Shown here piece by piece: positions 24,702 through 34,029 of a stretch of DNA of 64,000 nucleotides (position 1 is the first letter of the stretch; every line of letters starts with the position of its first letter). A program made the position numbers and the translations under genes. The stretch comes from an uncultured Gammaproteobacteria bacterium (GTDB taxonomy: Bacteria; Patescibacteriota; Patescibacteriia; 2-12-FULL-60-25). The notes under the pieces were generated by a model. It was not told the DNA's origin. It ran no database searches and saw nothing but the letters and a program-made list of their open reading frames with translations. Location of the stretch: contig CAZURG010000002.1 of assembly GCA_964623645.1 (NCBI GenBank), positions 8,041 through 72,040 on the forward strand, given 5' to 3'.

Positions 24702-25766
24702 ATGAACAAGCCCGTGAATCCCGGATCCGCCGTCGCCGACAAGACCTGGCGCGACAACGCCATGGTCCTCGCCCTCCTCTACCTCATCGAGGAGCAGGGG
24801 AAGCGGTTCTCGACCGCCCTCGACAGCGAGCAGCGCTTCCTCGACGATCCGCTGACGCAGATGTACCAGCGCGACCTGCTCGAGATCGATGGTGACGCGA
24901 CCTACGTCATCACCGACAAGGGTCGGAAGGTCCTGGAGAAGATGGTCGCCATGTACGACCAGGTCCGGCAGTTCGAGGTCTTCGCCGCCTTCAACCTCGA
25001 GGATGTCCTCCCCGAGGGCGAACGCAACAAGGAGGACCCGAACCGTCCGCACGACAACCTGTACGACCTCCGCTTCAAGCGGCGGTCCGACTCCGTCGAC
25101 ATGCGCCTCGCGGTGATGACCTTCATCAGCGAGACCATGCCCTCGGAGATCAAGGTGGAGAAGGCCGACCCCTTCCTGATCGTCTTCATGCAGCAGGTCG
25201 CCGACGGCCGTCTCGCCGCGGACGACTTCCTGCCTCGCCTCCGCGACAAGTCGGTCTTCACCGAGGTCGAGGCGATCGTCAACTCGGCCTACCGCTGGCA
25301 GAGCGCCGGCGATACGGTCGAGGAGTCCACCGAGCGGATGCACGCCATCTACACGGCGGGCATGGTCGAGCGCCTCAAGCGCGAGGGCCAGGAGTGCGCC
25401 AAGTGCCGCATGCCTCTCGCCGTCTTCGAGGAGATCGCCAAGAGCGAGGGGGAGGGGCCGCTCCAGGAGTGTCCCGATCCCGAGTGCCGTTGCTCCTTCG
25501 CCGGTCGACCGCCCGCGGCTGCCACCGTGACCGCCGAGGTCGATGGCACCTGCCCACGCTGCGGTGAGCCCATCCGGCCCACCCACGCCTTCTGCCGCGG
25601 CTGCCACGCCGAGGTCGACCGTACGCTTCGCCCCGGCGCCGTCGAGGCCGAGACCGAGGTCTGGACCCACGAGTACGTCCTCGAACCGGTCTACTACGAC
25701 CCGTTCGACCCGTTCCTCGTCGGGACCGCCTTCTGCCTGGGCTTCCATCCGTACTACGTGTGCTGA
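24702..25766 (+). CDS. Hypothetical protein, winged-helix-like N-terminus plus Cys-rich zinc-ribbon region
   Basis: ATG at 24702 after aggaga. MVLALLYLIEEQGKRFS...YVITDKGRKVLEKMV is wHTH-like. Cys pairs: CAKC...CPDPEC and CPRCG...CRGC. Confidence 0.55.
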   Translation: MNKPVNPGSAVADKTWRDNAMVLALLYLIEEQGKRFSTALDSEQRFLDDPLTQMYQRDLLEIDGDATYVITDKGRKVLEKMVAMYDQVRQFEVFAAFNLEDVLPEGERNKEDPNRPHDNLYDLRFKRRSDSVDMRLAVMTFISETMPSEIKVEKADPFLIVFMQQVADGRLAADDFLPRLRDKSVFTEVEAIVNSAYRWQSAGDTVEESTERMHAIYTAGMVERLKREGQECAKCRMPLAVFEEIAKSEGEGPLQECPDPECRCSFAGRPPAAATVTAEVDGTCPRCGEPIRPTHAFCRGCHAEVDRTLRPGAVEAETEVWTHEYVLEPVYYDPFDPFLVGTAFCLGFHPYYVC

Positions 25767-25775
25767 ACACGCCCT

Positions 25776-25809
25776 CCCGTCACCTCCTCCGGTGGCGGGA
25801 TTTTTGTTT
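25776..25809 (+). terminator. Rho-independent terminator
   Basis: cccgtcacc-tcctcc-ggtggcggg (one G-U pair) followed by atttttgttt. Confidence 0.55.
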
Positions 25810-25864
25810 GGGCGGTTTATCCCCTGGAAACCTCGTCCCCGTTCCGGCAGCATGGCCGTATCCT

Positions 25865-27472
25865 ATGCCACGCATCGTCCTGATGGGGGAGCCGGGGAGC
25901 GGGAAGACGACCCTGACCAGGGAACTTTCCCGAATCTTGAAGGCGCGCCTGCTTGAAGCCTCGCAGGCGGTCATCTATCCCATGGCCGCCCTTTCGAGTC
26001 GTTGGCCGACGGAAGGGGTTGCCCTGGAGCGTTTGGCGCATCCTTCTGCGAAGAAGCCCGCCCCTCTTTCTCGTGACGAGGCCCGCGAGGTCTTCTCTCG
26101 TCTCAGGAAGACGTATTCCCCGGATTTCATCGCCCGTGGGCTGCATGCCCGCTGTTTTGCCCGATCGGAAAACGAAACGACCCTCCTCTCCGGCCTCCGC
26201 GGTCTCGAGAATGCTGAATATTGCCGCCTCCACAATGACTTCGTGATCTATCTCGACGTGGACGAGCCGACCCTGGTCCGGAGGTTGCAAGAGGGGAGGG
26301 GATATTCCGCGGCGCAGGCTCGTCGTGAACTGAAGGAGGAACGTGCGCTCTACAAAACGCGGGAGATCAAGAAGATCGCCCAACTCGTCGTGCATGCGAA
26401 CACGCGTTCCATCAAAGAGACCGCTCGCCTCATCGCGCGCGCGATCCAGGACGAATACCGCATGTGCCGCCGCTGCGTGAATACCGCGAGGAATCCCGCG
26501 ATCACGTTTGATCGACAAGGGTATTGCCAGATCTGCCGCGCTTATCTAAAAGGGTTGGATGTTGGGCATTTACGGAAGGAGGTTGATCTTTTGAAGGGAT
26601 TTAAGGGGACCGGCTCACGCGGCTACGACGTCATGGTCGGTCTTTCCGGCGGCAAGGACAGCACCGCGACACTCATCACCGTGAAGAAGCTGGGCTTGCG
26701 CGCGCTCGCCTTCACGTTCGATACGGGCTACTTGCCGAAAACCACCATTCCCCGTGCCCGGGCTGTCGCCAAACGGCTTGGCGTCGATCATGCTGTCATC
26801 GATATCCGCGGCTATGCGCGCCCAACGGATCGCGCTTCGTATGAAAAGACGGCCGCCTTGCATGAGCGGCCGTTCAGTCTCGCGACGAAACGGGTCTTCC
26901 TCGCCACGTACAAGGAAAACCGCCATCATTATTCCGCTAAATGCCCGCATGCACTCCCGTTCGTACGTACCTGCCAGATCTGCCGTCGCCTCGTCATCCG
27001 TGCGTATTACGCCGAGGCCCGCAAGCGTGCTATCCCGGCCATCGTGCTCGGGATGAACGAATGGACGAACTTGAGCGCGGCCCAAACGGGTGGGGGATTC
27101 CGCGTTTCGGGGATCAGGAAGCTGCAGCCCGTACCGGGCGAGCCACCCGTCCACCTGTTCCACCTCCCATTCCTCCTTCAGCGCACCAGCGCGCAAACGA
27201 AGCGTCTCCTAAAGAAATTCGGCTGGCAGGAGCCGGCCGGAGAAGCGTTCATCGAATCGAATTCAAACTCCTGCCTCTTCGCCCGCGCCACGGAACGGAT
27301 GGCGAAGCGCCTCCTCGGCTTCCATCCCGACGCGACCCGCCTTGCTCGCGAAGTGACGGTCCGGTTCATCTCGAAACGGCAGGCGCTGAAGGCGTTGGGG
27401 AAGATCCATCTGTATGCGGACACGCCGCGAGAGGTCTTGCGGAAGGCGGGCTTCCAGAAACGGAAGGGCTAG
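25865..27472 (+). CDS. Fusion of a P-loop NMP-kinase-like domain with a PP-loop (N-type ATP pyrophosphatase) domain of the WbuX/N-acetyl-sugar-amidotransferase type
   Basis: ATG at 25865. Walker A: VLMGEPGSGKTTL. Zinc ribbon CRRCVNTARNPAITFDRQGYCQICRAY, followed by the PP-loop VMVGLSGGKDSTATL. Confidence 0.65.
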   Translation: MPRIVLMGEPGSGKTTLTRELSRILKARLLEASQAVIYPMAALSSRWPTEGVALERLAHPSAKKPAPLSRDEAREVFSRLRKTYSPDFIARGLHARCFARSENETTLLSGLRGLENAEYCRLHNDFVIYLDVDEPTLVRRLQEGRGYSAAQARRELKEERALYKTREIKKIAQLVVHANTRSIKETARLIARAIQDEYRMCRRCVNTARNPAITFDRQGYCQICRAYLKGLDVGHLRKEVDLLKGFKGTGSRGYDVMVGLSGGKDSTATLITVKKLGLRALAFTFDTGYLPKTTIPRARAVAKRLGVDHAVIDIRGYARPTDRASYEKTAALHERPFSLATKRVFLATYKENRHHYSAKCPHALPFVRTCQICRRLVIRAYYAEARKRAIPAIVLGMNEWTNLSAAQTGGGFRVSGIRKLQPVPGEPPVHLFHLPFLLQRTSAQTKRLLKKFGWQEPAGEAFIESNSNSCLFARATERMAKRLLGFHPDATRLAREVTVRFISKRQALKALGKIHLYADTPREVLRKAGFQKRKG

Positions 27473-27511
27473 ATCGGCACGTTTGATGACGGACGCGTAC
27501 GGAGGAAAAAG

Positions 27512-27549
27512 AAAAGCCCCGGCGACCGCAGGCCATCAGGGGCTTTTTT
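27512..27549. terminator. Bidirectional hairpin terminator
   Basis: aaaagcccc...ggggctttttt, between convergent genes. It overlaps the stop of the minus-strand gene. Confidence 0.5.
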
Positions 27550-28255
27550 CTTCGAGGAAATGCGTATCCATCAGATAGGTTCCGCGGTCAATGGGATGCA
27601 AGAGGACATCGATGGACGTTTGCCCTCCTAGCGCATGGGTCGGATCCCCCCAGAATGGCTCGCTCTTGAACACGTATTGTTTTCCGTTCGTCGGATCCTG
27701 CCACCGCGTCTTGATGTGGAATGCGCGCCGTGTCCGAGAATGGACCCGGTCATCCTCTTCGACGTTCAGGAATGTTGTCTGGACGCGTTGGCCGTGTAAA
27801 CGCAGCCATGTTTCTTGGCGTCGTGCCTTGAAGAAGCCGATGAAGGCCCACACTCCTACGCCGAAGAAGACGCTTCCGACGATCCAAGCGATGAGCGGGC
27901 CTGCCCAGAGGTTCAAGAACCTGTCGATCTCCGCTTCCTGTGGTGCGCCCGGTGGGTAGATGACCGTCACCTGCTCGCCGACATCATAGCGGGGCGGATT
28001 GGAGCGTGTGCGCGATTCGACCGTCTGCTTTTCGCCGTCCGCCGTGCGAAACTGGAAGATCGGAGCGTACCTGATCCGGTTGCGGCGGGCATGCCGTTTA
28101 ACGTTCTCGACCACCGCGCCTGTCGTCCGCACCCCGTTCTTGTTTAGCTCAAGGCTTTGAGTGGTGGTGTACCAGGCGAGCGCGAGGCACGGGAGGCCAA
28201 TGAGGCAAAGGGCGCCTGTCTTGAGGGTATTCGATAGGCTGAAGACGCGTTTCAT
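27536..28255 (-). CDS. DUF3592 membrane protein (two repeats)
   Basis: ATG at 28255 (MKRVFSL). TGAVVENVKR...YAPIFQFRTADGEKQTVESRTRSNPPRYDVGEQVTVIYPPGAPQEAEI is the DUF3592 pattern. A second copy follows after a TM helix. Confidence 0.7.
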   Translation of the reverse strand: MKRVFSLSNTLKTGALCLIGLPCLALAWYTTTQSLELNKNGVRTTGAVVENVKRHARRNRIRYAPIFQFRTADGEKQTVESRTRSNPPRYDVGEQVTVIYPPGAPQEAEIDRFLNLWAGPLIAWIVGSVFFGVGVWAFIGFFKARRQETWLRLHGQRVQTTFLNVEEDDRVHSRTRRAFHIKTRWQDPTNGKQYVFKSEPFWGDPTHALGGQTSIDVLLHPIDRGTYLMDTHFLEEKSP

Positions 28256-28293
28256 AGAGCTGGACCCATGGTACCGGATGTACGGCCTGCGCG

Positions 28294-28710
28294 CTATTTC
28301 TTCCGCTTCTTTAAACATCCCACGCACCGGCATCCGTGCGGCTTGATATACGCGTCGAAGTATTCCTTTCCATAGTCATAGACGATCTCTTCGCCTTTCT
28401 TGATGCGTTTCGTGGAGAAAATGAAGATCCGGTCTCCCGAAAACCGCACCTCCGCATTAGGCTTGCACGCGTGGTTGATGTAGCGCGCCGTATTCTTCCG
28501 CGTCCCTCCAAGGACGGTCTTGCCGGTCTCCATGTCGAAGAGGTACCGGCCGCCGACCTTGTCCGCCTCATCGGTCGGGACCAGCTCGCCCCAATACTCG
28601 ATGAGGAACCGATTTGCGGGGATGTCTTCGTTTGCGAAAATCCCAAATCCACTCGCGCTCTTGCCGACGCGGAGCGCGTAGGTGGGGGGACGGGGGGTGG
28701 GATACGGCAT
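28294..28710 (-). CDS. SET-domain protein (lysine methyltransferase-like)
   Basis: ATG at 28710 (MPYPTPRPP). GFGIFANEDIPANRFLIEYWGELV, ARYINHACKPNAEV, EEIVYDYG and a post-SET C-x-C-x2-C. The long N-terminal extension in the track ORF overlaps the TfoX gene and was dropped. Confidence 0.85.
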   Translation of the reverse strand: MPYPTPRPPTYALRVGKSASGFGIFANEDIPANRFLIEYWGELVPTDEADKVGGRYLFDMETGKTVLGGTRKNTARYINHACKPNAEVRFSGDRIFIFSTKRIKKGEEIVYDYGKEYFDAYIKPHGCRCVGCLKKRKK

Positions 28711-28842
28711 ACCGGAGGAGGATAGAGGAAATGTCGAGAAAAGGGGAGGGGTTGCCCGATACGCGAGAAAAAAGAACCTTCGCCATGTTGAGGGGGGTGA
28801 ACCCTGTTTTTCTCCTTCTTCTCGCGATATGATGCCCCACAT

Positions 28843-29175
28843 ATGGCCACCCAACGCGCAACCGTCGAGTTCCTCTTGAAAAGGCTCAATGACCCGAAGG
28901 CCTTCACCGCCCGCGCGATGTTCGGCGAGTATGCCCTGTATGCCGACGGGAAGGTTGTTGCGCTCATCTGCGATGACACGTTGTACGTGAAGATCCTCCC
29001 GCAAAGCAGTGAGCTCGCGGAAACCTGCGAACAAGCCTCCCCTTATCCTGGGGCGAAACCGCATTACGTCGTCAGCGAGGATCAGCTGTCGGAGGCGCCA
29101 CGTCTCGCGACGATCCTGAAGGAGATCGCGCGCGTCCTGCCCGCGAAAAAGGCTCCGCGTGCGAAACGAGTCTAG
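28843..29175 (+). CDS. TfoX N-terminal domain protein
   Basis: 110 aa. RAMFGEYALYADGKVVALICDDTLYVK matches the TfoX_N pattern. Confidence 0.7.
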   Translation: MATQRATVEFLLKRLNDPKAFTARAMFGEYALYADGKVVALICDDTLYVKILPQSSELAETCEQASPYPGAKPHYVVSEDQLSEAPRLATILKEIARVLPAKKAPRAKRV

Positions 29176-29274
29176 GAAAGGCATTGGGCAGCGGACCTTG
29201 TCAGAAACGAGGATCCGCTTCTTTTCGCGACACCTTTTCCCATCTTATGCTATCCTTGCTCCCAAGCTTTTCGT

Positions 29275-29715
29275 ATGACCAAAAAGACCCTCATGACGCT
29301 CGAATGGCTGGTCCAGGTTGCCGTGACGTATGCGGTCGGCCTCTGGTTGCTCGGTCCGATCTGGCGCCTGACGTTTCAAGCGGCGGACTTTGTCCTCGGC
29401 GACCTGGCTACGGCCGTTCTCGTCCTGCTGACGCTTGTTCCGTTTTGGGCCGTTCAGGCCGCTGGGCTGGCGGCGCTGTCGCCGTCCGTCTCGCGTCCCT
29501 GGCGCTGGCTGATGCTGCTTGGGGCGTACCTGGCGGGGATCGGGCCCCTGTTCGCGATCGCTGCCGCCCTGACGCGGCGTTGGCCCGTCCGGTTCTTGCC
29601 TCCGTGGGTGCAGACGGCCCTTGAGGCGGCCCTCGGGATTCCACTCCTCTTTTTTGCCACGTATTTGTATTCTGCCCTGGTCGCCTTGATCGTCCTGCCG
29701 TTTATTTTTCCCTAA
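29275..29715 (+). CDS. Integral membrane protein, hypothetical
   Basis: 146 aa with 4 hydrophobic helices. Confidence 0.5.
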   Translation: MTKKTLMTLEWLVQVAVTYAVGLWLLGPIWRLTFQAADFVLGDLATAVLVLLTLVPFWAVQAAGLAALSPSVSRPWRWLMLLGAYLAGIGPLFAIAAALTRRWPVRFLPPWVQTALEAALGIPLLFFATYLYSALVALIVLPFIFP

Positions 29716-29754
29716 TCCGTCCCATGCTTTAGGGCGGATTTTTCGCGTTGCATC

Positions 29755-30708
29755 TCAATCCTGAAAGACCTCCGCAAGAGGGATCGATCGTTCCGTGGGG
29801 CCGCCGATCTCGTAGATGTGCCCCTCGTCCGCCCAGAGCAGCCGTTCTCCGGCTGCGATCAGGTATGCCCCCACGTATGGACGTTCCACGCTAAGCGTAT
29901 CGCCTTCGACGCGGTAGATCCCATGTCCTGTGGCGACCAGGAGCCTGCCTTGCCATTGGACTAAGCCATAGATGGTCCCTAGGTGTTCGCCCACCTCTTT
30001 CCAGCCCTGTTCCGTTCGCCGGAAGACGCGTCCCGAGGCGCCGTAGATCTCGCCGTTCGGGAGGACCTGGACGTGGATAAGGTTCATTAAGCTTGGACCG
30101 ACCTCCTTTTTCCATGTTTTCCCATCCCAGTGCGCGACGAGTCCATCGCTCCCGACGGCGATCAGGTTCGCGAAGTCGTGCCCACCCATCCCATAGGCCC
30201 AGCCAGGACCGGGCGTCTCTTTCCAGGTGTCCCCGCCACCCATCCAGCAGGTCGGGAGGTCGAGTTTCACGGGTGGCAACGTCGGGTCCGGCGAGGGGTC
30301 CAGGATCCCGCCTCCCCAGCCGACGACGACATCTTCGGATGCGCCCCAAATATGTTGGATATAGGTCGTCCTGTTCCCGACAACAACCCGCCATTTCCAT
30401 ACGTATCCCGTTTCTGCAGGTGTTCCTACATGTAATCCATAGCCTTCAGGCCCAACCGCGATGAGGTAGACGACGCCGGCAGGCGAGACCCAGAGGTCGT
30501 CTGCTTCGCCGATTCCCGTCAGAATGGGGAAGTGCTTCCCCTGAAACAGTCGGATGAGCGACCACTCCATGAATTCGGTATCGTGGAAACGCTCATCATC
30601 TGCCCCCTCCACGAGCGCGAACCCGTCGTCGAGGGAACGCCCTTTCAGGAAGCGGAGGCGGGTGTAGGGGTGAGTGGTCATAGGGTCTGGGTTGGTTGTA
30701 TTCCGCAT
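29755..30708 (-). CDS. Hypothetical beta-propeller-like repeat protein
   Basis: 317 aa. Recurrent G-x-x-W/V-A-V-G blades: LIAVGPEGYGLHVG, LIAVGSDGLVAHWDGKTWKK, GRVFRRTEQGWKEV. Confidence 0.55.
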   Translation of the reverse strand: MRNTTNPDPMTTHPYTRLRFLKGRSLDDGFALVEGADDERFHDTEFMEWSLIRLFQGKHFPILTGIGEADDLWVSPAGVVYLIAVGPEGYGLHVGTPAETGYVWKWRVVVGNRTTYIQHIWGASEDVVVGWGGGILDPSPDPTLPPVKLDLPTCWMGGGDTWKETPGPGWAYGMGGHDFANLIAVGSDGLVAHWDGKTWKKEVGPSLMNLIHVQVLPNGEIYGASGRVFRRTEQGWKEVGEHLGTIYGLVQWQGRLLVATGHGIYRVEGDTLSVERPYVGAYLIAAGERLLWADEGHIYEIGGPTERSIPLAEVFQD

Positions 30709-30864
30709 GATACACGTCGGTGCGTATGCCTGGTACGCGGAGCCTACTTGAAGCCTCCATCTGTATCGGCGGCATCCCAGGAGTCATACTTGTCTACGTA
30801 CGAGCTCATGATGCGGGAGGAATCTGACGTAGCTCGTGTCCCATTCGCCGTCCTTGATGCCACA

Positions 30865-30886
30865 TAAAAAACACCCGCGTGGGTGT
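30865..30886 (-). terminator. Rho-independent terminator of the 30896-32335 gene
   Basis: The minus strand reads acaccc-acgc-gggtgt followed by tttttt. Confidence 0.55.
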
Positions 30887-30895
30887 AGGTCTGCT

Positions 30896-32335
30896 TCAGC
30901 GCAGCCCCGTCTCGATCTCCTCCGTGGGGGCCGTGAAGCCCTCGAGCGTCCGATCGGCGGGCAGCGTGTCATCGAGCAGCCTTGGCGGGCCGATCCGTTG
31001 GTAGGTGGCAGCGAAGAACGCTTCCGGGATCCTGCGCACCAGTCCTGGCGTGGCCGTGAGCCAGGCTTCGAGGTCCGCCCCTTCGCGCAGGCGGATGGGA
31101 ATGAGCGTGCGGTTGGGGCCCATGGCGTAGGTCGTCGGTTCCGCCTCCCTCCGCACGTACACGGAGCCGGGCCGGAACATTGCGTTCGGTCCGTGGCTCA
31201 GGGTCAGCAGCTGTTCGCTCGTCACCTGGAACACGTCGAGACAGGCCGTCGGATCCGACACGTCCAGGCCACGGTGCTCACGTCCCGAAGGGTGCCTCCA
31301 GGAGTTCAGTTCGGCCGTCGTGGGAAAGAAGGTCCGCATCGGCGTCCGGTCGCCGCGGGTGTAGGCGTAGTAGATGATGGGCGAGGAGGCCAGGCGCAGC
31401 AGCATGCCGTCCTGGATTCTCCCGTCCCGTTCGGACAGGTCACGCCAGCGCCCGTTCGTGCAGCAGCCGCGGTAGGCGTTGGCTTCGCCGGCGGGGAGGT
31501 CTGGAACCGGATCGCCGCAGAACCAGAACTGTCCGCGCTCGTTCGACACGACCGACTGGTCGTAGCCGGGCCCGCCGATCGTCATCACGTTGCCGGTGCG
31601 GAGGAGGTTGTTGCCGATCTCCCCGTGCCGTACGTACCGGCTCTCGCTGACGAGTCCCACGGCTTCCGCGGCGAAGAACCGTCCCGTGACCGGATCGCCC
31701 ATCGTCACCCGGACGCCTTCGCCCAGGAACGGGCAGCGTGGATCGCTCTGACGAACGGTCGCTGTCACGACGAGCGTCCGCTCGTTACCGATCTCGAGAC
31801 GCAGGGGGATCGCACGGGTGAACTCACCCATGCCACGCGGACCGTTCGGGATGCCCGTCGCCTCTGTGGGGCCCATGAGGACCGCACCGGTCGTTGCATC
31901 GCGGAGCGTGAAGGCGCTGTAGTTCGGCGCTCCCTCACTTCCGATCGCGCAGGCGCTCTCGCGTACCTGGTCGATCGAGAACGGGAAGCGGAAGATTTCC
32001 ACCGCTTGCTGCGGGACCAGCGTCACGCGATACAGTTCCGCATCGGTCGTCCCGCGGGGGATCTCCCGGGCGGGTGGTCCCTCGAATCGGACCACGAGGG
32101 CCACCGAACTCGAGAGGGCCGCATCGTCTGAGATGTCAGCGTCGGTTGTATCTGCCGCCGTATCTCCATTCGAGGCATCGGCGAGCTTCGCGCTCGACTC
32201 GTCTGCATCTGGCCTGGAGGCATCCTCGTTCGTCTGGGTGTCTTCCGGGGGTGTGGAACCGTCGAATGCGCCGTCTGCCGATCCGCATCCGAGCGCGCTC
32301 AGCGTGACCAGGAAGGCAAGGACCTGCTTGTACAT
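30896..32335 (-). CDS. Large secreted lipoprotein, hypothetical
   Basis: ATG at 32335 after GGAGGA. Signal peptide plus lipobox: MYKQVLAFLVTLSALGC. An acidic linker is followed by a ~400-aa domain. Confidence 0.6.
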   Translation of the reverse strand: MYKQVLAFLVTLSALGCGSADGAFDGSTPPEDTQTNEDASRPDADESSAKLADASNGDTAADTTDADISDDAALSSSVALVVRFEGPPAREIPRGTTDAELYRVTLVPQQAVEIFRFPFSIDQVRESACAIGSEGAPNYSAFTLRDATTGAVLMGPTEATGIPNGPRGMGEFTRAIPLRLEIGNERTLVVTATVRQSDPRCPFLGEGVRVTMGDPVTGRFFAAEAVGLVSESRYVRHGEIGNNLLRTGNVMTIGGPGYDQSVVSNERGQFWFCGDPVPDLPAGEANAYRGCCTNGRWRDLSERDGRIQDGMLLRLASSPIIYYAYTRGDRTPMRTFFPTTAELNSWRHPSGREHRGLDVSDPTACLDVFQVTSEQLLTLSHGPNAMFRPGSVYVRREAEPTTYAMGPNRTLIPIRLREGADLEAWLTATPGLVRRIPEAFFAATYQRIGPPRLLDDTLPADRTLEGFTAPTEEIETGLR

Positions 32336-32593
32336 GGAGTTTTTCCTCCGTTTCGGTGGGCTGGGCTCGAGGCCTAGTCTCTGTCGCATACTTGCGAGCA
32401 GAGGCTTGCGAATGGGGGATACGCAAGCCTCTGCTCGCAAAGAAGGGGCGTTCGCAGATCGAGGCTAAACGTAGGATAAAATAGGCGTTTTGTCAAGGGA
32501 AGAGACATTCATCTTTTCGTCGGGTCCCTCATCTCGGCCGCGCCTTTATTTCTTGCTTGCCATGCCGATTCTGTGTCGTGGTAAAATGATCAC

Positions 32594-33133
32594 ATGATGA
32601 AAGCCTTCAAGGACATCGATGAGCATATCGCCCATCAGCCTAAAGCCACCCAGGTATTGTTGAGGTCCCTTCGTGCCGCCATTCGCAAGGCCGCTCCCGA
32701 AGCCGTCGAAACGATCAGCTACGGTATCCCGACCTTTGATCTCCGCGGTCACCTCGTCCACTTCGCGGGATACGAGGGGCATATCGGGTTCTATCCAGGC
32801 GCCGCGGCCCTCGTCACGTTTAAGAAGGAATTTGCACGTTACCCGACCTCAAAAGGCACGGTGCAATTTCCGCTCGACCGTTCGCTGCCATTGCCGCTCA
32901 TCCGGAAGGTCGTCCTGCATCGTGTCCGGGAAAATCTCGAGAAGGCGGGCGTCCTGTTCCCGAAACTCTCCGCTCCTGCGGTCCGAGCCTTGCGGCACGC
33001 CGGCATTGTGAAGCTAAAGGACCTGTCGAGATGGAGTGAGCAGGAGCTGCTTAAGCTGCATGGGATCGGTCCGTCAACGTTGCCGACGCTACGTCGCGCG
33101 TTAAAGGAGCGTGGGTGGCGGTTCAAGGCATAG
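32594..33133 (+). CDS. DUF1801 (YdhG-like) domain fused to a helix-hairpin-helix tail
   Basis: 179 aa. ISYGIPTFDLRGHLVHFAGYEGHIGFYPG is the DUF1801 part. ELLKLHGIGPSTLPTLRRAL is the HhH part. Confidence 0.65.
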   Translation: MMKAFKDIDEHIAHQPKATQVLLRSLRAAIRKAAPEAVETISYGIPTFDLRGHLVHFAGYEGHIGFYPGAAALVTFKKEFARYPTSKGTVQFPLDRSLPLPLIRKVVLHRVRENLEKAGVLFPKLSAPAVRALRHAGIVKLKDLSRWSEQELLKLHGIGPSTLPTLRRALKERGWRFKA

Positions 33134-33246
33134 CAAAAAATCCTCGGGGCTTTTGCGTCAGGCATCTTGTGACGCGTCAACATTGTAAAGGAAAGAAAAA
33201 ACGACCCGTGATCGGATCGCTGTTGGGCGGTGCCCCCGTCGCCGCT

Positions 33247-33975
33247 TCAGACCCCCAGGTGTCCGCGGGCCACGGCGAGGACGGCCGGGAGCTCCTCCTT
33301 CGTGCACTTCGCGAAGTTGGGGGAGAGGAGGCCGGACATCGGCCGGCCTTCGCCGTCGACCGCGTTCCCGAAGGTGAAGTCCTCGAGGCCGAGGCTCGGG
33401 AGGTAGGTGCCGATGAAGTAGACGCCCCAGCGCTCGGCCCAGTGGACCGCGAGCGGGTGCCCGGCGATGTACGCGCCCTGCATGCCGCCATCGCGGGTGG
33501 CGTGGGGGATCCCGTCGATGATCTCGAACCCGCGGCACATCTCTGCGTATTGGGCCATGGCGGCTTCGAGTCGCGCGAAACGGTCGTCCGCCAGGGATTC
33601 GAAGCAACGGACCTGGGCGGCGAAGGCCTCTTCGTCGACCGTCGTGCTTTCCACGCAGACGCTGCAGGCCGCGAGCCACCAGGTGGTCGCGCTGTCCGCA
33701 TCCGGCGCCATGGCCTCACGCTGGACCTGCTCGACGGCCTCCCGGGTGTAGTTGGCGTGGAGGGTTGCAGCCAGCTGTTCCCGATCGCGCGGGATCAGCT
33801 TGAGGCAGCAGGCGACGCCCGCATCGAAACCGGCCGCCGTCCCGCCAGCGGTCGGGATCCGTCCGGCCAGGGACTTCACGGCCCGGGCCCGCGCCAGGTC
33901 GGGCCAGTTGCCCAGGGTCATGACGCGTTCCATGTCGGCGGGGGAGATGACGAAACGACGTTCGGTGGTCAGCAT
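33247..33975 (-). CDS. Hypothetical protein
   Basis: ATG at 33975 (MLTTERRF). The composition is balanced. The overlapping + strand ORFs are R/G/A/P-rich. Confidence 0.5.
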   Translation of the reverse strand: MLTTERRFVISPADMERVMTLGNWPDLARARAVKSLAGRIPTAGGTAAGFDAGVACCLKLIPRDREQLAATLHANYTREAVEQVQREAMAPDADSATTWWLAACSVCVESTTVDEEAFAAQVRCFESLADDRFARLEAAMAQYAEMCRGFEIIDGIPHATRDGGMQGAYIAGHPLAVHWAERWGVYFIGTYLPSLGLEDFTFGNAVDGEGRPMSGLLSPNFAKCTKEELPAVLAVARGHLGV

Positions 33976-34029
33976 GGATGTCTCCGGATTGTCTGGATGG
34001 GAAGCCGATTGGAAGGGGAACGACGTTGT

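Noticed and set aside
24456-25853. 465-aa minus-strand ORF, plus related ORFs at 23651-24763 and 25375-25770
   Set aside because: They are antisense to the two + strand genes, which have a promoter, Shine-Dalgarno sequences, a lipobox and a terminator. The composition is dominated by G/R/A/D/E/L runs with no motifs.
28711-29184. N-terminal 158-codon extension of the SET-domain ORF (the track's 296-aa version)
   Set aside because: The extension runs antisense through the well-supported TfoX_N gene (28843-29175) and has no SET-related sequence. The internal ATG at 28710 gives a normal compact SET protein.
30836-32131. 431-aa + strand ORF. Similar cases: 34245-35204 (-), 47443-48549 (-), 19275-20066 (-), 33115-34101 (+), 38834-40180 (-), 35750-36448 (-)
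   Set aside because: Each is the mirror frame of a gene with recognisable motifs or signal peptides, and each has R/G/P-rich composition. They are treated as GC-driven open frames, not genes.
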